Shown: piece by piece, positions 42,521-52,682 of the stretch
Layout of the letters: every line of letters begins with the position of its first letter
Position numbering within the stretch: position 1 is the first letter of the stretch
Source: an uncultured Rivularia sp.
Lineage (GTDB): Bacteria > Cyanobacteriota > Cyanobacteriia > Cyanobacteriales > Nostocaceae
Direction: 5' to 3'
NCBI GenBank assembly: GCA_963665115.1
Contig: OY762007.1
Span: forward strand, 928,001-992,000
DNA: 64,000 nucleotides
The notes under the pieces: model-generated
What the model saw: only the letters and a program-made list of their open reading frames with translations
Databases searched by the model: none
Told to the model about the DNA's origin: nothing
Translations under genes and position numbers: made by a program

Positions 42521-43452
42521 TTCTTACCCTCCGAAAACGCAGGTGTAACGCCAAAATTCACCCGCACCATACTTCCAGGCGCTAATTTCACTAAACGTGA
42601 TGGGCTATTTGTCTCAATAAAGTATTTATTCGGAGCCAAGGAGTAGCCTGGTAAACTAGTTAAATCCAATGCCGCAGAACGATATCCAGAGATAACATTC
42701 GCTAAAGAATACAAACCATTTGCATCCGTGACAATGCGGTTCCCATCATCCATGTAAACTACCGCATTCGGTACTCCAGGTTCGTTTGGCTGCTGTTCGC
42801 CGTCAAAGTTTTTATCGACAAATACCCGTCCAATCAAAGTACCGCAGTCAGACAAAATTCCTTGTCTAATCCGCAATCTATGACTCGATTGGTTACTCCG
42901 TAAACCCCCAGCTGTTGCTTGAGCTAAGTTTCTTCCGGTGCCACGTATAGAATCTGGAGTCACTTCAGCAGCATAGTTAACAACCATGCTTTGTCCCGGT
43001 TGCAGAGTAGCAGTCGAACTTGCAGTAACATTTGTTCCTCGACTAGAAGCATTGATACTTGGAGTGCCAAAATCTACTTCTGTATCACCAATAGAACCTC
43101 TCAACGATTCAGTTACTAATCGCAGACCTAAAGGCAACCTATCGGTAATACTCACGTTCGTAGCTGGAGATTGACCAACATTTTCAATCAACAATCGATA
43201 GATAACCGTATCCCCAGGTTCGGCAGCAGCGCGATCGCCAGTTTTTGTTAATCGCAAATCTGCCGGAGAAGCACTAAGAGTTACTTCGTTAGAATCAACT
43301 CTTTCGTCAGGTAAATTATCTGCACCGCCGGAGGCAGTATTGTTAATCACTGTTTGGGCAACAGTCGGTATAATTCCGTAAGCAATAACACTTAAGGAAC
43401 TAATTGTTAAAAAGAGGCTTTTACGCCTTAGCCATGAAATTAAAAATGTCAT
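42517..43452 (-). CDS. Secreted DUF11 plus SdrD B-like domain protein
   Basis: Signal peptide; LRLTKTGDRAAAEPGDTVIYRL...ITDRLPLG; GRVFVDKNFDGEQQPNEPGV; ATGA overlap with the next gene. Confidence 0.85.
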   Translation of the reverse strand: MTFLISWLRRKSLFLTISSLSVIAYGIIPTVAQTVINNTASGGADNLPDERVDSNEVTLSASPADLRLTKTGDRAAAEPGDTVIYRLLIENVGQSPATNVSITDRLPLGLRLVTESLRGSIGDTEVDFGTPSINASSRGTNVTASSTATLQPGQSMVVNYAAEVTPDSIRGTGRNLAQATAGGLRSNQSSHRLRIRQGILSDCGTLIGRVFVDKNFDGEQQPNEPGVPNAVVYMDDGNRIVTDANGLYSLANVISGYRSAALDLTSLPGYSLAPNKYFIETNSPSRLVKLAPGSMVRVNFGVTPAFSEGKK

Positions 43453-44846
43453 TGGAAGGCATCAATGCAATAAATAGCGGTCATTTTTCTCTCTGTATAG
43501 GCTTTAACTAAAAAACCTATTTTTTCTAATCATGAAATTATTAACCAGTAGCAAAGAATAGTATCACTAAACTTCACCAGCGTTATACGTAGTATCGAGG
43601 AAAATTTTATTTTTCATTTTTCCTACTATGCAAAATGTATATTTTTTTGCAATCAGAGCATATTATTAACTGCTTGTCAAGAATTAAACCAGGTGTATAC
43701 AGTTATCAATTCCTGTATCAAATAAACAAGCATGAGTAGGAATTTTCATTTTTTGAGATAATTTGAGGTCAATTCATCATCTCTATCCCCAACTTCAACT
43801 AAAACTGGTAAGACAAATATTTCCACACAATAGTTGCGTGAAAAATATTTTGACTGCCATTATTGCTTCGTTTATTCAAGCAAATGCACGCTATCAAGAG
43901 TAAATCTGGATTGTTGTCTTTCAGGGATATTGCACTCGTAAATAGTGAACTAAAGCCGATTACCTGACACCTGTACAATTGCAGCTATTTTTTGACCCTA
44001 AATACAACGTGTAACTTTTTTATTAAAGGAATTTCCTCTAAATTTTTGTTATTTGAAATGACTTTAATTTTGTCTGTCTGCGGTAACAACTACCATCAGC
44101 CAAGGAAAATAATATACGCCGTTTCCTCTTGAATATTAAGTAAAAGATATTCACGATCATCTCCATAACCTTCACACCACTAACATTTCTTTTGCTTAAG
44201 GTTGAGTATCCCACGTATGGGTTATTTTTGAGTCAGTAATTACGTTCAGAAAATAATTAAAAATTTCCACGTTAATTATTTATTAGCGTGTTACCAAACT
44301 TTTAAACACCTGACGCAATATATATTCAAAAACTGAACTGCACAACCGATATTGTAATTCTGAGAACCTTTATTTAGTCATTAATTATATTCAAGGTTCT
44401 CATCTACTCATTATTTAAGAACTGCCCTACAGACTATATGTTTCCAATTTACAATCTAGTGGACTACCTAAAACCTGTCTTTGCCGAATCTTTATCTAAT
44501 GGTCACACTTAAGTAATATTACTCAGATTTTTGGCTTAAGCAATCAGGGATTTCCTAATTTATACTGTATTTTTTATGTCAAAGATGATTTAAGTGCTAT
44601 CACTTAAGGTGTAAATACTCTGATTAAAAAAAATTTGTATCATTTAACTTCAAATTAAAGTATGTAATGATTTTTTTGTCTGCAACAACTAATCAAATTA
44701 AAAAAAAATCATAAATTATCCTGAAACAGGAATATGCAAGTTGAATAAGTAATAGACTGTAGGCAATTAGTAAAAATGTAATTAGTTACTATTGACCTTT
44801 TAGAAAGCGCTTCTTCTTTGATCTAGCCACACACTAGCTTGACAAT

Positions 44847-44868
44847 AAATGTGATATAAATCACATTC
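44847..44868. promoter_or_regulatory. CRP-family binding site TGTGA-N6-TCACA
   Basis: AAATGTGATATAAATCACATTC matches the consensus AAATGTGATCTAGATCACATTT at 19 of 22 positions. Confidence 0.7.
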
Positions 44869-45475
44869 TTGCGAAACTGCTTGTTGCCTATTATTTGCAA
44901 GCACGCCCGTTAAAAATAAATATTTTTATACTAAGTTTGCATGAGAATACTTAAGGATAAGTGTAATTATATTTATAGACAGTTCATAAAGTGTCTACTA
45001 TAATTATAAACTTTTGTGTATTTTTTGCTTCTTTTTGGCCGCGATGACTGAAGACAATACAAAGTTGAGCGATTTATTAATCAAGAAAAATATTTAACTT
45101 TTAGTTGTACATTCTTGTTTGAGAAGCTTCTCAAAGAGGCGGTATTGATGATTTTTCTATGTTTGTCGAAAAATACTGAAGAAAATTTAGTTGTGACTAC
45201 CTTTGGTAGAGCTTAGTCTAACGACTCACTGCGTGAACGCTTAACGCCGCTTAAACTATATCCATTAAATGTAGTTGCTTTTTTAGTCACTGTTCTTTAA
45301 TGCAGGCAATGGAAAATTTTGGCATTGCTCCGAGTAAATATATATAAAGTGATAGTCCCTCAAGAGTATTGAGGGAACTTCAAAGCTAATAGTTAGCAAC
45401 AATCTATATAATTTTCAATCCGAACCTGCGCTGTCATCGCTACAGATGCAGCGCTACTGGTCTCATTTTTAATTT

Positions 45476-46117
45476 TTAATAAGTATCGTCGTATTCAGGC
45501 GCTTCCATGCGTCTTTCCGAACGAGGAGGTAAAAACTCAGCGCGACGTACTGGAGGAGATATCGTATTGCTCGAACCATTATAAGGATGAATTACCTGTA
45601 CTGTTCGAGTCGGGCGTTGTTTTTGAGAAAACAAAGCGGAAACTCCAGCGACTACAATACCACCGCCAACTGTAAGAGCCATTCCCCCTACAGCCCAAAG
45701 TATGCCCGAAGACCACCAAGGTTCTTGAGGCTGTTGCAATGCAGCTTGTTGCGCCGAACTTTGATTTTGCTGGGCGCTCAATTGCGACTGGTAGTAGCTT
45801 TGTACTTGAGACTGAAATTGTTGATTTTGATTTTTTAACTGGTCATTTTCCCGTTGCAGGACATCGAGTTGGCTTTTTTGACGTTCCAACTGCGTCCGCA
45901 ACTCGATCGAATCGGGATTTGGAGGAAATTGATTGGGGTAAGTTGGTACGCCAGGATAAGCACCCGGTTGAGCCATATACGGTTGTGCAACTACGGGAGA
46001 TTGCACTTGCGGAGCATTAAAAGTTGCTGGGAGGGAATTACCAGATCCTTTCAACAATAAAAGAGCCGCCAGTCCAGCTACTGCAACTCCACCGATAAAT
46101 GCCATACTTTCACTCAT
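45476..46117 (-). CDS. patN: Heterocyst patterning membrane protein, PatN-like
   Basis: N-terminal hydrophobic segment, Gln-rich coiled coil, C-terminal TM; downstream of ndhL-DUF3007 as recalled for Anabaena. Confidence 0.7.
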   Translation of the reverse strand: MSESMAFIGGVAVAGLAALLLLKGSGNSLPATFNAPQVQSPVVAQPYMAQPGAYPGVPTYPNQFPPNPDSIELRTQLERQKSQLDVLQRENDQLKNQNQQFQSQVQSYYQSQLSAQQNQSSAQQAALQQPQEPWWSSGILWAVGGMALTVGGGIVVAGVSALFSQKQRPTRTVQVIHPYNGSSNTISPPVRRAEFLPPRSERRMEAPEYDDTY

Positions 46118-46609
46118 AACCTTTGCCCCTACAGCGCGACAAAATTAAAATCATTGATAACCTACGCTCTCTCACACTCATTATTTATACCTTACTCAAC
46201 TTAACTTGTGTAACGAAAATATAATAATTTCCTACCAGCTAATGCAGGTTGTTACTGACAATAGCTTATATATTCAAGATCATATCGGTGAAATTGTCTA
46301 CTACACGCGGTTGAATAAAACATTATTGTTATGCATATTTTATATAGTTTTTTATTGTTATCAATATTATTGATAAGTATATATTTAGCCGTTATCGCCG
46401 CATTTAACAGTCTTTCAGCCATAAAAGAAGAATATATATCCAGCCATCTATCCGCAAATAGCTATCTGCCATCAATGATATTTTCACCGTAATAATACTG
46501 GAACATAACGAACGAAATAGTTCAGTTTGAGAATTAACTCGCTTCACGTAAGTTCCGATCTTAATCTATAGATATTAAAAATAATTAAATTTTCAAAAAT
46601 ACTTATATA

Positions 46610-46734
46610 TAAGTAGGTTGGCGTTGAAAATTGTAATTAGGACAAGGGAGTAGGGAGTGGGCAGTAGGGGCAAGGCTTTGAGGCCAATTTACCCGAATGT
46701 TAGATAGTTATGTTTATTTCTGCCGACTTACTCA
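46610..46734. mobile_element. MITE-like element (TAAGTAGGTTGGCG...GCCGACTTACTCA)
   Basis: Imperfect terminal inverted repeats shared with the 57209 element. Confidence 0.6.
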
Positions 46735-46993
46735 ACAGCGGATATTATGATGATGGCTACTGGTGCAGAAAAAGTTTGTAGTAAGAGTTTTAACTCTTAT
46801 ATTGAGGTAAAGCTCTCCTCACTACAAACATTCTCATAATCAATCTTGCGAGCTACTAGTACTCCACCACATTAATTCCGATAGGTTGTAGAGACGTTAG
46901 ACATAACGTCTCCCGAAGGTTACGGGAAAAACGAACCCTTCAGAATTTATGCAATCAACTACTAGTACTCCACATAAATAGGTTAGTCAAATA

Positions 46994-47299
46994 CTAATTA
47001 CCTTCTTCGAGCTCCACCTCAGCTAAAAGTTTATCCCTTTGTTCTGGAGAAAGTTGGTCTAACTTCTGAGCCAAAAATGCTTTTTCGTATTCTTCTCGCT
47101 GTTGATGGTAGGTCATTTTATTTCCTACAGCACGGAAAATATAGGTAAACAACCAGCCAATTAAGCCTGCAACCAATAAAACTTGGCTCCAGATGCCAGC
47201 GCTTAAATTATTTAAGCCAGCGAATTGAAGAACCACATAGGCCAACCCACCCAAAACAAAAACGCCAAATACAATTCCGATAGCGTCAATGCGTCGCAT
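46994..47299 (-). CDS. DUF3007 family membrane protein
   Basis: MRRIDAI start, two TM segments, KMTYHQQREEYE; follows ndhL. Confidence 0.85.
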   Translation of the reverse strand: MRRIDAIGIVFGVFVLGGLAYVVLQFAGLNNLSAGIWSQVLLVAGLIGWLFTYIFRAVGNKMTYHQQREEYEKAFLAQKLDQLSPEQRDKLLAEVELEEGN

Positions 47300-47325
47300 T
47301 TCTTAATATGCCCTGCGAATATATC

Positions 47326-47586
47326 TTAAACTTCAATTTGTCGTCGTCGGGGTCTGAGATTCACAAAGGGTGATAGCAGTAGCAAGCCCGGAAAGAACAA
47401 GAACACTAGAAAATACATGAAGCCACGTTCAAACGAACTGACTGAATACCAGCGAAACTTCATGTAAGTCAAAACAAGAACCGGAATGACCAACAAGTAA
47501 GAACCTGCTAAAGCTAAGTACGTTAAAGGTAGAATTAGCGTCTCGGTCTGCAAGTTCTGTAAATAATTCAGTAGATTCTGTAGCAT
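47326..47586 (-). CDS. ndhL: NAD(P)H-quinone oxidoreductase (NDH-1) subunit L
   Basis: [35 protein letters not shown]. Confidence 0.92.
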   Translation of the reverse strand: MLQNLLNYLQNLQTETLILPLTYLALAGSYLLVIPVLVLTYMKFRWYSVSSFERGFMYFLVFLFFPGLLLLSPFVNLRPRRRQIEV

Positions 47587-47839
47587 CTGTCTTCGTGTGA
47601 GTCACGCTCATGGTTGGATCTTTAAGTTCCATAATAAGCTAATCGCTTTATGTTGAGGAAGTTTTAGTTAAGCCCCTTAATTAGTTGTTGCTGCTGAGAT
47701 TGAACTAGGTAATAACCGGGTAAAAAGTCCTTCTGAAAAAAAAGTTTTAAAAAATGTTGGACAAAACACGTAATTAATGGTCAAATATATGAGGAGATAT
47801 TTGAACAACAAGCAAATATCTACAAATTCCCCAAAAAAT

Positions 47840-48204
47840 GGGGGTGTGGCGGAATGGTAGACGCTACGGACTTAAAAAGTTGAGCCTTGTTGAAGAAATT
47901 CTTCAAGTGGATGCTCTCAAACTCAGGGAAACCTAAATCTCACGGGAGACACGGCAATCCTGAGCCAAGCCGAGCCATTATGTTAAGCGGTTATGTTTAA
48001 CGGTTCGGAAGGTGCAGAGACTCGACGGGAGCGACCCTAACGTAATGGCAAATAGTTATTTGTTTGTTAAGTCGAGGGTAAAGAGAGAGTCCAATTCTTA
48101 AAGCCTTGTATTTGAAAAAATATTAAGGCAGTAGCGAAAGTTACGGAAGAATGAAAATCCGTTGACCTTATAAAGTCGTGAGGGTTCAAGTCCCTCCACC
48201 CCCA
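47840..48204 (+). tRNA. trnL: tRNA-Leu(UAA); exons 47840-47873 and 48154-48204
   Basis: GGGGGTGTGGCGGAATGGTAGACGCTACGGACTT | AAAATCCGTTGACC...GGTTCAAGTCCCTCCACCCCCA. Confidence 0.97.
47874..48153 (+). ncRNA. Group I intron in the anticodon, 280 nt
   Basis: AAACTCAGGGAAACC, AATCCTGAGC, GTGCAGAGACTCGACGG and GAGAGAGTCC core elements; terminal G. Confidence 0.95.
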
Positions 48205-48221
48205 CTAAAAATTAATAGTTT

Positions 48222-48264
48222 AAAATTTTGTCCCGGATGTAGTTACATCTGGGACAAAATTTTT
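48222..48264 (+). terminator. 20-bp inverted repeat after the tRNA
   Basis: AAAATTTTGTCCCGGATGTA-GT-TACATCTGGGACAAAATTTT. Confidence 0.7.
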
Positions 48265-48833
48265 ATAAAGGAGTAGGAAGTAGGGAGTAATGATTAGAGA
48301 GTAGTGAGTAGTAAGTAGCGAAATATCCCGATAACAAATAAATTCGTAGTGCGTTAACGTTAGCGAAGCGTGCCCGTACCGAAGGTCGTCCCGGAGGGAC
48401 TTAGGGCATAGTGTGTCCGTCAGGACATGCGTCTTGCTCGCTAGTACAAATCGGTGTAAATAAGGCAACCATTAAAAATGGCTGAAAAGACTAGAAAATC
48501 AAACTTATTACTTATTACTTCTTACTTCCGCGAAGCAGTACTAGTGGCAATTAGCAAGCGAGACGCTTGCACTAAAAATAGATTATTCCCGACAACAATA
48601 TTATGCTTGCCAATCAAATCAAAAATTTATTCCCTACTCCCCATTCCCCAATTTCTACAAGAAAACTTATATTTTCCTGATTGGGACAATTTAAAAGGAA
48701 TTAAATAATTACGGATACGGTCGAGTCCAGTATAATATTTTCACTATTATATCGGTAATTACACAATTAGATGCAATATTTTTATCTCCTGGTCATAAAT
48801 TTATCAAATTTATGTAAAAAAAATACTTAAGTT

Positions 48834-50234
48834 TTGAACAATCGATTGATGCTCCTGGTTGTGAAGGATAAGCTAGTAATAACTGCCATCAGGAGACTTT
48901 TGGGTCTTGAGAACCATAACATGATTGTCGATCGCTTACCGAGTATACAGGGTAAAAAGCATCTTCTTGATTTGAATGATAGAGGATTAGATGTGCAGGC
49001 TGCACAAGAAAAAGTTTATAGCTTTTTTCTAGAGATTGTTCAAAGCCAGGAACCAGAAGATGTTTTACAAGAATTTAAAGATTTATTTATAAATTGTTTA
49101 GATTCTGCTAATTCTAATTCTGAGCTAGGAGTATACCAAATTTTTGTCGGTAGTAACGAACCGGAGTTTAGGAATACTCTCAAACGGACTTGTTATATAC
49201 TTATCAACAATTGGGAAAATCGTCGTAAATACAAATATATTCAAAAGTTAATTGATTTATTTTCCGACCATACGCCGAAAAATACTTTAGGCTGTTCTAG
49301 AAAAATCAATATTTTTAGAACTTGGTTAACAAACTTTATTAATAGTAAAGATTATCAAGAACTAAAATTATTTGCGATTAGACATGAAGAAAAAAGTAAT
49401 ATTCATTGGACAAACCGCTATAGCTCCTATTTGTTATTAGCTCAGTCTACAGACAAAAATAATCCGAAAGAACAACAGCAAGCGGCAAAACGTCTTTCTA
49501 AACAATTGAAGGACAAATTCAAGTTTGAGTTAGCAATGTATATTGCTCGCTCTCAATCTGCGGCTTCTAATATTAATCGTTACAATAATCCCAGTATTTT
49601 GGGAGATGAGGTTTTACGTTTAATCAAAGTCATTGTTGTCAGAAGAGGTGTGTTTAGCTATGAAAATATTGCCAATATTTTTGTTAAGCAGACTCAAAAT
49701 AAAAATGTAAAAGAGTTCAAAGAAAGCTTGTTGAAGTATTTGATATATTCGGTAAGTCAACAAGAATTTGTTGAAACACTGGAACAGCAACTATCTGACA
49801 AGTTGTTTGCATGGAAAGCAGACTATCACGAAGCAGATATTGACAAGAATTTATTACTGAGAACCTGTAATAAGGCAATTGATTGTCTGACTTCGGAAAA
49901 TGGCAAAGAACCTTCCCAGCTATTTATTCTACTGCTTTCTCAGGGTAATCCTCTGACTTTGGTAATTGCACTTCTGAAGATAGTTTTAATTAGTAAACAT
50001 TCGCGTCGTCATTTAGAAATGCGGATTGCGAACATAATTAATTATTATGAAATTTATCAGGAAGAAGAGTGTGATTGGGTAATTAAGTTTATCGAAGTAT
50101 TTAACATCACTTTTGCAATTTATGCAGAAAATGTTGAATACAATTTGATTCAAATGCAAACTGAGAGCGAACCACAAACTAATTTGGATACTTATCGAGT
50201 TTTTTCTCAATTAAAATTAAGTGGGAAAGAATGA
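48834..50234 (+). CDS. Conserved cyanobacterial hypothetical protein (start uncertain)
   Basis: 466-aa helical-looking ORF with no catalytic motif that I recognise. Confidence 0.75.
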   Translation: MNNRLMLLVVKDKLVITAIRRLLGLENHNMIVDRLPSIQGKKHLLDLNDRGLDVQAAQEKVYSFFLEIVQSQEPEDVLQEFKDLFINCLDSANSNSELGVYQIFVGSNEPEFRNTLKRTCYILINNWENRRKYKYIQKLIDLFSDHTPKNTLGCSRKINIFRTWLTNFINSKDYQELKLFAIRHEEKSNIHWTNRYSSYLLLAQSTDKNNPKEQQQAAKRLSKQLKDKFKFELAMYIARSQSAASNINRYNNPSILGDEVLRLIKVIVVRRGVFSYENIANIFVKQTQNKNVKEFKESLLKYLIYSVSQQEFVETLEQQLSDKLFAWKADYHEADIDKNLLLRTCNKAIDCLTSENGKEPSQLFILLLSQGNPLTLVIALLKIVLISKHSRRHLEMRIANIINYYEIYQEEECDWVIKFIEVFNITFAIYAENVEYNLIQMQTESEPQTNLDTYRVFSQLKLSGKE

Positions 50235-50349
50235 ATTGATTTAGGAATTATGAATTAGGAGTTGGACGTAGGAAAAAGAGGTCAAAACAATAAGTTTAAT
50301 AATACATAGTTTTTGATAATCAGCTTAGGGAAAGTGAAAAACGAGGACG

Positions 50350-51264
50350 TTAAAGAAGCCGTTCATCAAACCAAGCGAGACTTGCAGCAGCAGTTTCAGC
50401 GACAATGCTAATTAAACGATACAAAAGACTAGCGCTAATAATCAGTGCGATAGGAAAAAACTGCTGTAAAAGTGCGATCGCAGTTGTTTCAAATACTCCG
50501 ATGCCACCAGGGGCACCAGGAACAACCAAACCCAGCAACCAAGCGAAACTGAATGCTCCTATAACTAAAGGAAGCTGACTTAAATTTATTGGAGCTATTG
50601 CATATAAAGTGATAATAAAACCGGAGGCACGAAGTAATAAAAAGCCGAATTCTCCAAGCAAAGGTATTAGTGGATAGCGATTCAAACTTAAAGAAACACT
50701 AGTAAAATTACCAGTTTTGGATTTATTACTTTTCCGATGGTGTACAAAACGAATTACCCGATTGAGAAACAAAGGGTGAAGCAGGCTCATAGCTACGATT
50801 AAACCCAATATTTGCCCTATAAGTACAGCAACGGAACTTTCCATCAAAGTAAACTGGCTGCACAAAAGCACAACGATTAAAGCTGCTGCCGCCATTAACA
50901 AAGGTTCGAGTAGTACGCTTACAGTAGCGGCGCTAGTACTAACCCTTAAATCTTTTGCAGCCATGATTCGTGCTATGTAATGTCCGACATTACCCGGTAA
51001 ATACTTGGCAATATTTGTTTTAAGATAAGCTTGAATGAGTTTTATAGAGCTTGGATCTCCATCGAACTCTTTAATAATCCAAGTCCATACCCACCCAGCC
51101 CAAATATGTGCTAGCAAGGTAACACCAGTTGCAGTTGCTAAAATTGCCCATCCAGCCGCATCAATACGAATAGCTGCGACTTCTTCCCAATTATTTTTTA
51201 AAGCACTTGCGAGAAAAAACAGCGTTCCACCCAAAAGCAGCCAGCGCAAAACTTGCTTAATCAT
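50350..51264 (-). CDS. Lysylphosphatidylglycerol synthase TM-domain (UPF0104/YbhN) membrane protein
   Basis: KYLPGN, PGAPGGIGVFE, LLYR; multiple TM segments. Confidence 0.85.
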   Translation of the reverse strand: MIKQVLRWLLLGGTLFFLASALKNNWEEVAAIRIDAAGWAILATATGVTLLAHIWAGWVWTWIIKEFDGDPSSIKLIQAYLKTNIAKYLPGNVGHYIARIMAAKDLRVSTSAATVSVLLEPLLMAAAALIVVLLCSQFTLMESSVAVLIGQILGLIVAMSLLHPLFLNRVIRFVHHRKSNKSKTGNFTSVSLSLNRYPLIPLLGEFGFLLLRASGFIITLYAIAPINLSQLPLVIGAFSFAWLLGLVVPGAPGGIGVFETTAIALLQQFFPIALIISASLLYRLISIVAETAAASLAWFDERLL

Positions 51265-51814
51265 TACTGTAATTTTGCTGATAAAGTTTTCATACAGATA
51301 AACACAACAAATAATATGTTACATTGGCCAGAACCCCAAGTATTTTGGTAACTTTATGCAAAATATAGTTTCGTTTTTCTTCGTAAACAATTATAATTAC
51401 CAAAATTTTATTTATTAATTTAATAGAGACAGAAGTTTTAAAAGCTCCCTAATTTTAATTTATGAGGTTTGTGTCAGTATCATTTATAGATAAAAAAATC
51501 ACTCTTTAGATGGATTTCAAGTTACATTGTTTCATAACTAAATATTTATGTAAGATGGACATGAATATTCAATTTATATATTTGGATAAGAATGTAATTT
51601 ATTAGACTTATATCTCTCCAAAGTAAGAGAAATATATAGTTAAAATAGTCGCAAGAATAAGACCTTTGCTAGAGGAAAGACTTGTTTTTTTTCATGTAAT
51701 GTTGACAATTGATAATCAAATTTAGCAGTCTCGAACGGGTAGCATCTGTTTATTAAGCAAATGATTCTTTTTCAAGTTACAACTCATTCAATCATTCAAA
51801 TAAAGGAGTAGACA

Positions 51815-52435
51815 ATGAATAAATTATTTTCTGCATTGAGAAAAATTCAAATCAAGCAAATTCTAACTGCTTTTGTATTAGGAACGTTGCTATTTGTTAC
51901 CCAAGCTTGTAGTTCAGTTGATGCGAAAAGCCCTGATTCTGGTTATAAGGGAGGAATGAACGGGTATAGCGATGTCGATCCTAGAAGCAAAGATGCTGAA
52001 GCCGCAGCGAATATGAAAGCTAAGGGTTTGAGAGATAATGCCGAAGTTAACGAAATCGATCAAACTGGTAGCTTGGGTGGTAATACTCGTCGCACTTTGG
52101 ATAAGAAAGGAGAAAACCTAGAAGATTTAGGTAGAAACGTTAAAGAAAGTGCGGGATATGCAGCAGATAAAACACAAGAAAAAGCTGGAAATTTCGCTGA
52201 GGGTACCAAGCGAGGAATTGAAAATATCAAAGACAATACCTCTGATGCTTTGAATAGTCTTACTAACAACGCAGGTGATGTAGCTGAAGATGCGGCATCA
52301 AGTACTCAGCGTGCTGCTAGAGATGCGAAATTAAGTACTCAACGTGCTGCTAAAGATGCAAAATTAGGTACTCAGCGTGCTGCTGAAGATGCTGGGAATG
52401 CAGTACAAAGAACATTAAGAGATGCAGTTAATTAA
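51815..52435 (+). CDS. Exported LEA-like repeat protein
   Basis: Signal peptide with TQAC; 11-aa repeats STQRAARDAKL. Confidence 0.7.
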   Translation: MNKLFSALRKIQIKQILTAFVLGTLLFVTQACSSVDAKSPDSGYKGGMNGYSDVDPRSKDAEAAANMKAKGLRDNAEVNEIDQTGSLGGNTRRTLDKKGENLEDLGRNVKESAGYAADKTQEKAGNFAEGTKRGIENIKDNTSDALNSLTNNAGDVAEDAASSTQRAARDAKLSTQRAAKDAKLGTQRAAEDAGNAVQRTLRDAVN

Positions 52436-52465
52436 TCAGAAATAACAGTTTTTAATTAACTTTTG

Positions 52466-52500
52466 ATTGGGTAGGGTATTAAAAACCTACCCGATTTTTT
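52466..52500 (+). terminator. Rho-independent terminator
   Basis: ATTGGGTAGG...CCTACCCGAT followed by a T-run. Confidence 0.75.
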
Positions 52501-52682
52501 AATTGGATAATTAAGTCAAAAATAATCGCTATAGATGTACTAAGTAGGGAATAGGGAATAGTGGAAGAAGATAATATTGGTAAATAATATGAATTTTTAG
52601 AGCCGATAATTTTTGTTGATAAGTTCGTAGTAAAAACTTCAGTCCTCTGATTCAGGGCTAAAGCCCTGACTACGAACCTTAC

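Noticed and set aside
47840..48700. Genomic island integrated at tRNA-Leu
   Set aside because: No integrase, and I found no duplicate of the tRNA 3' end in the window.
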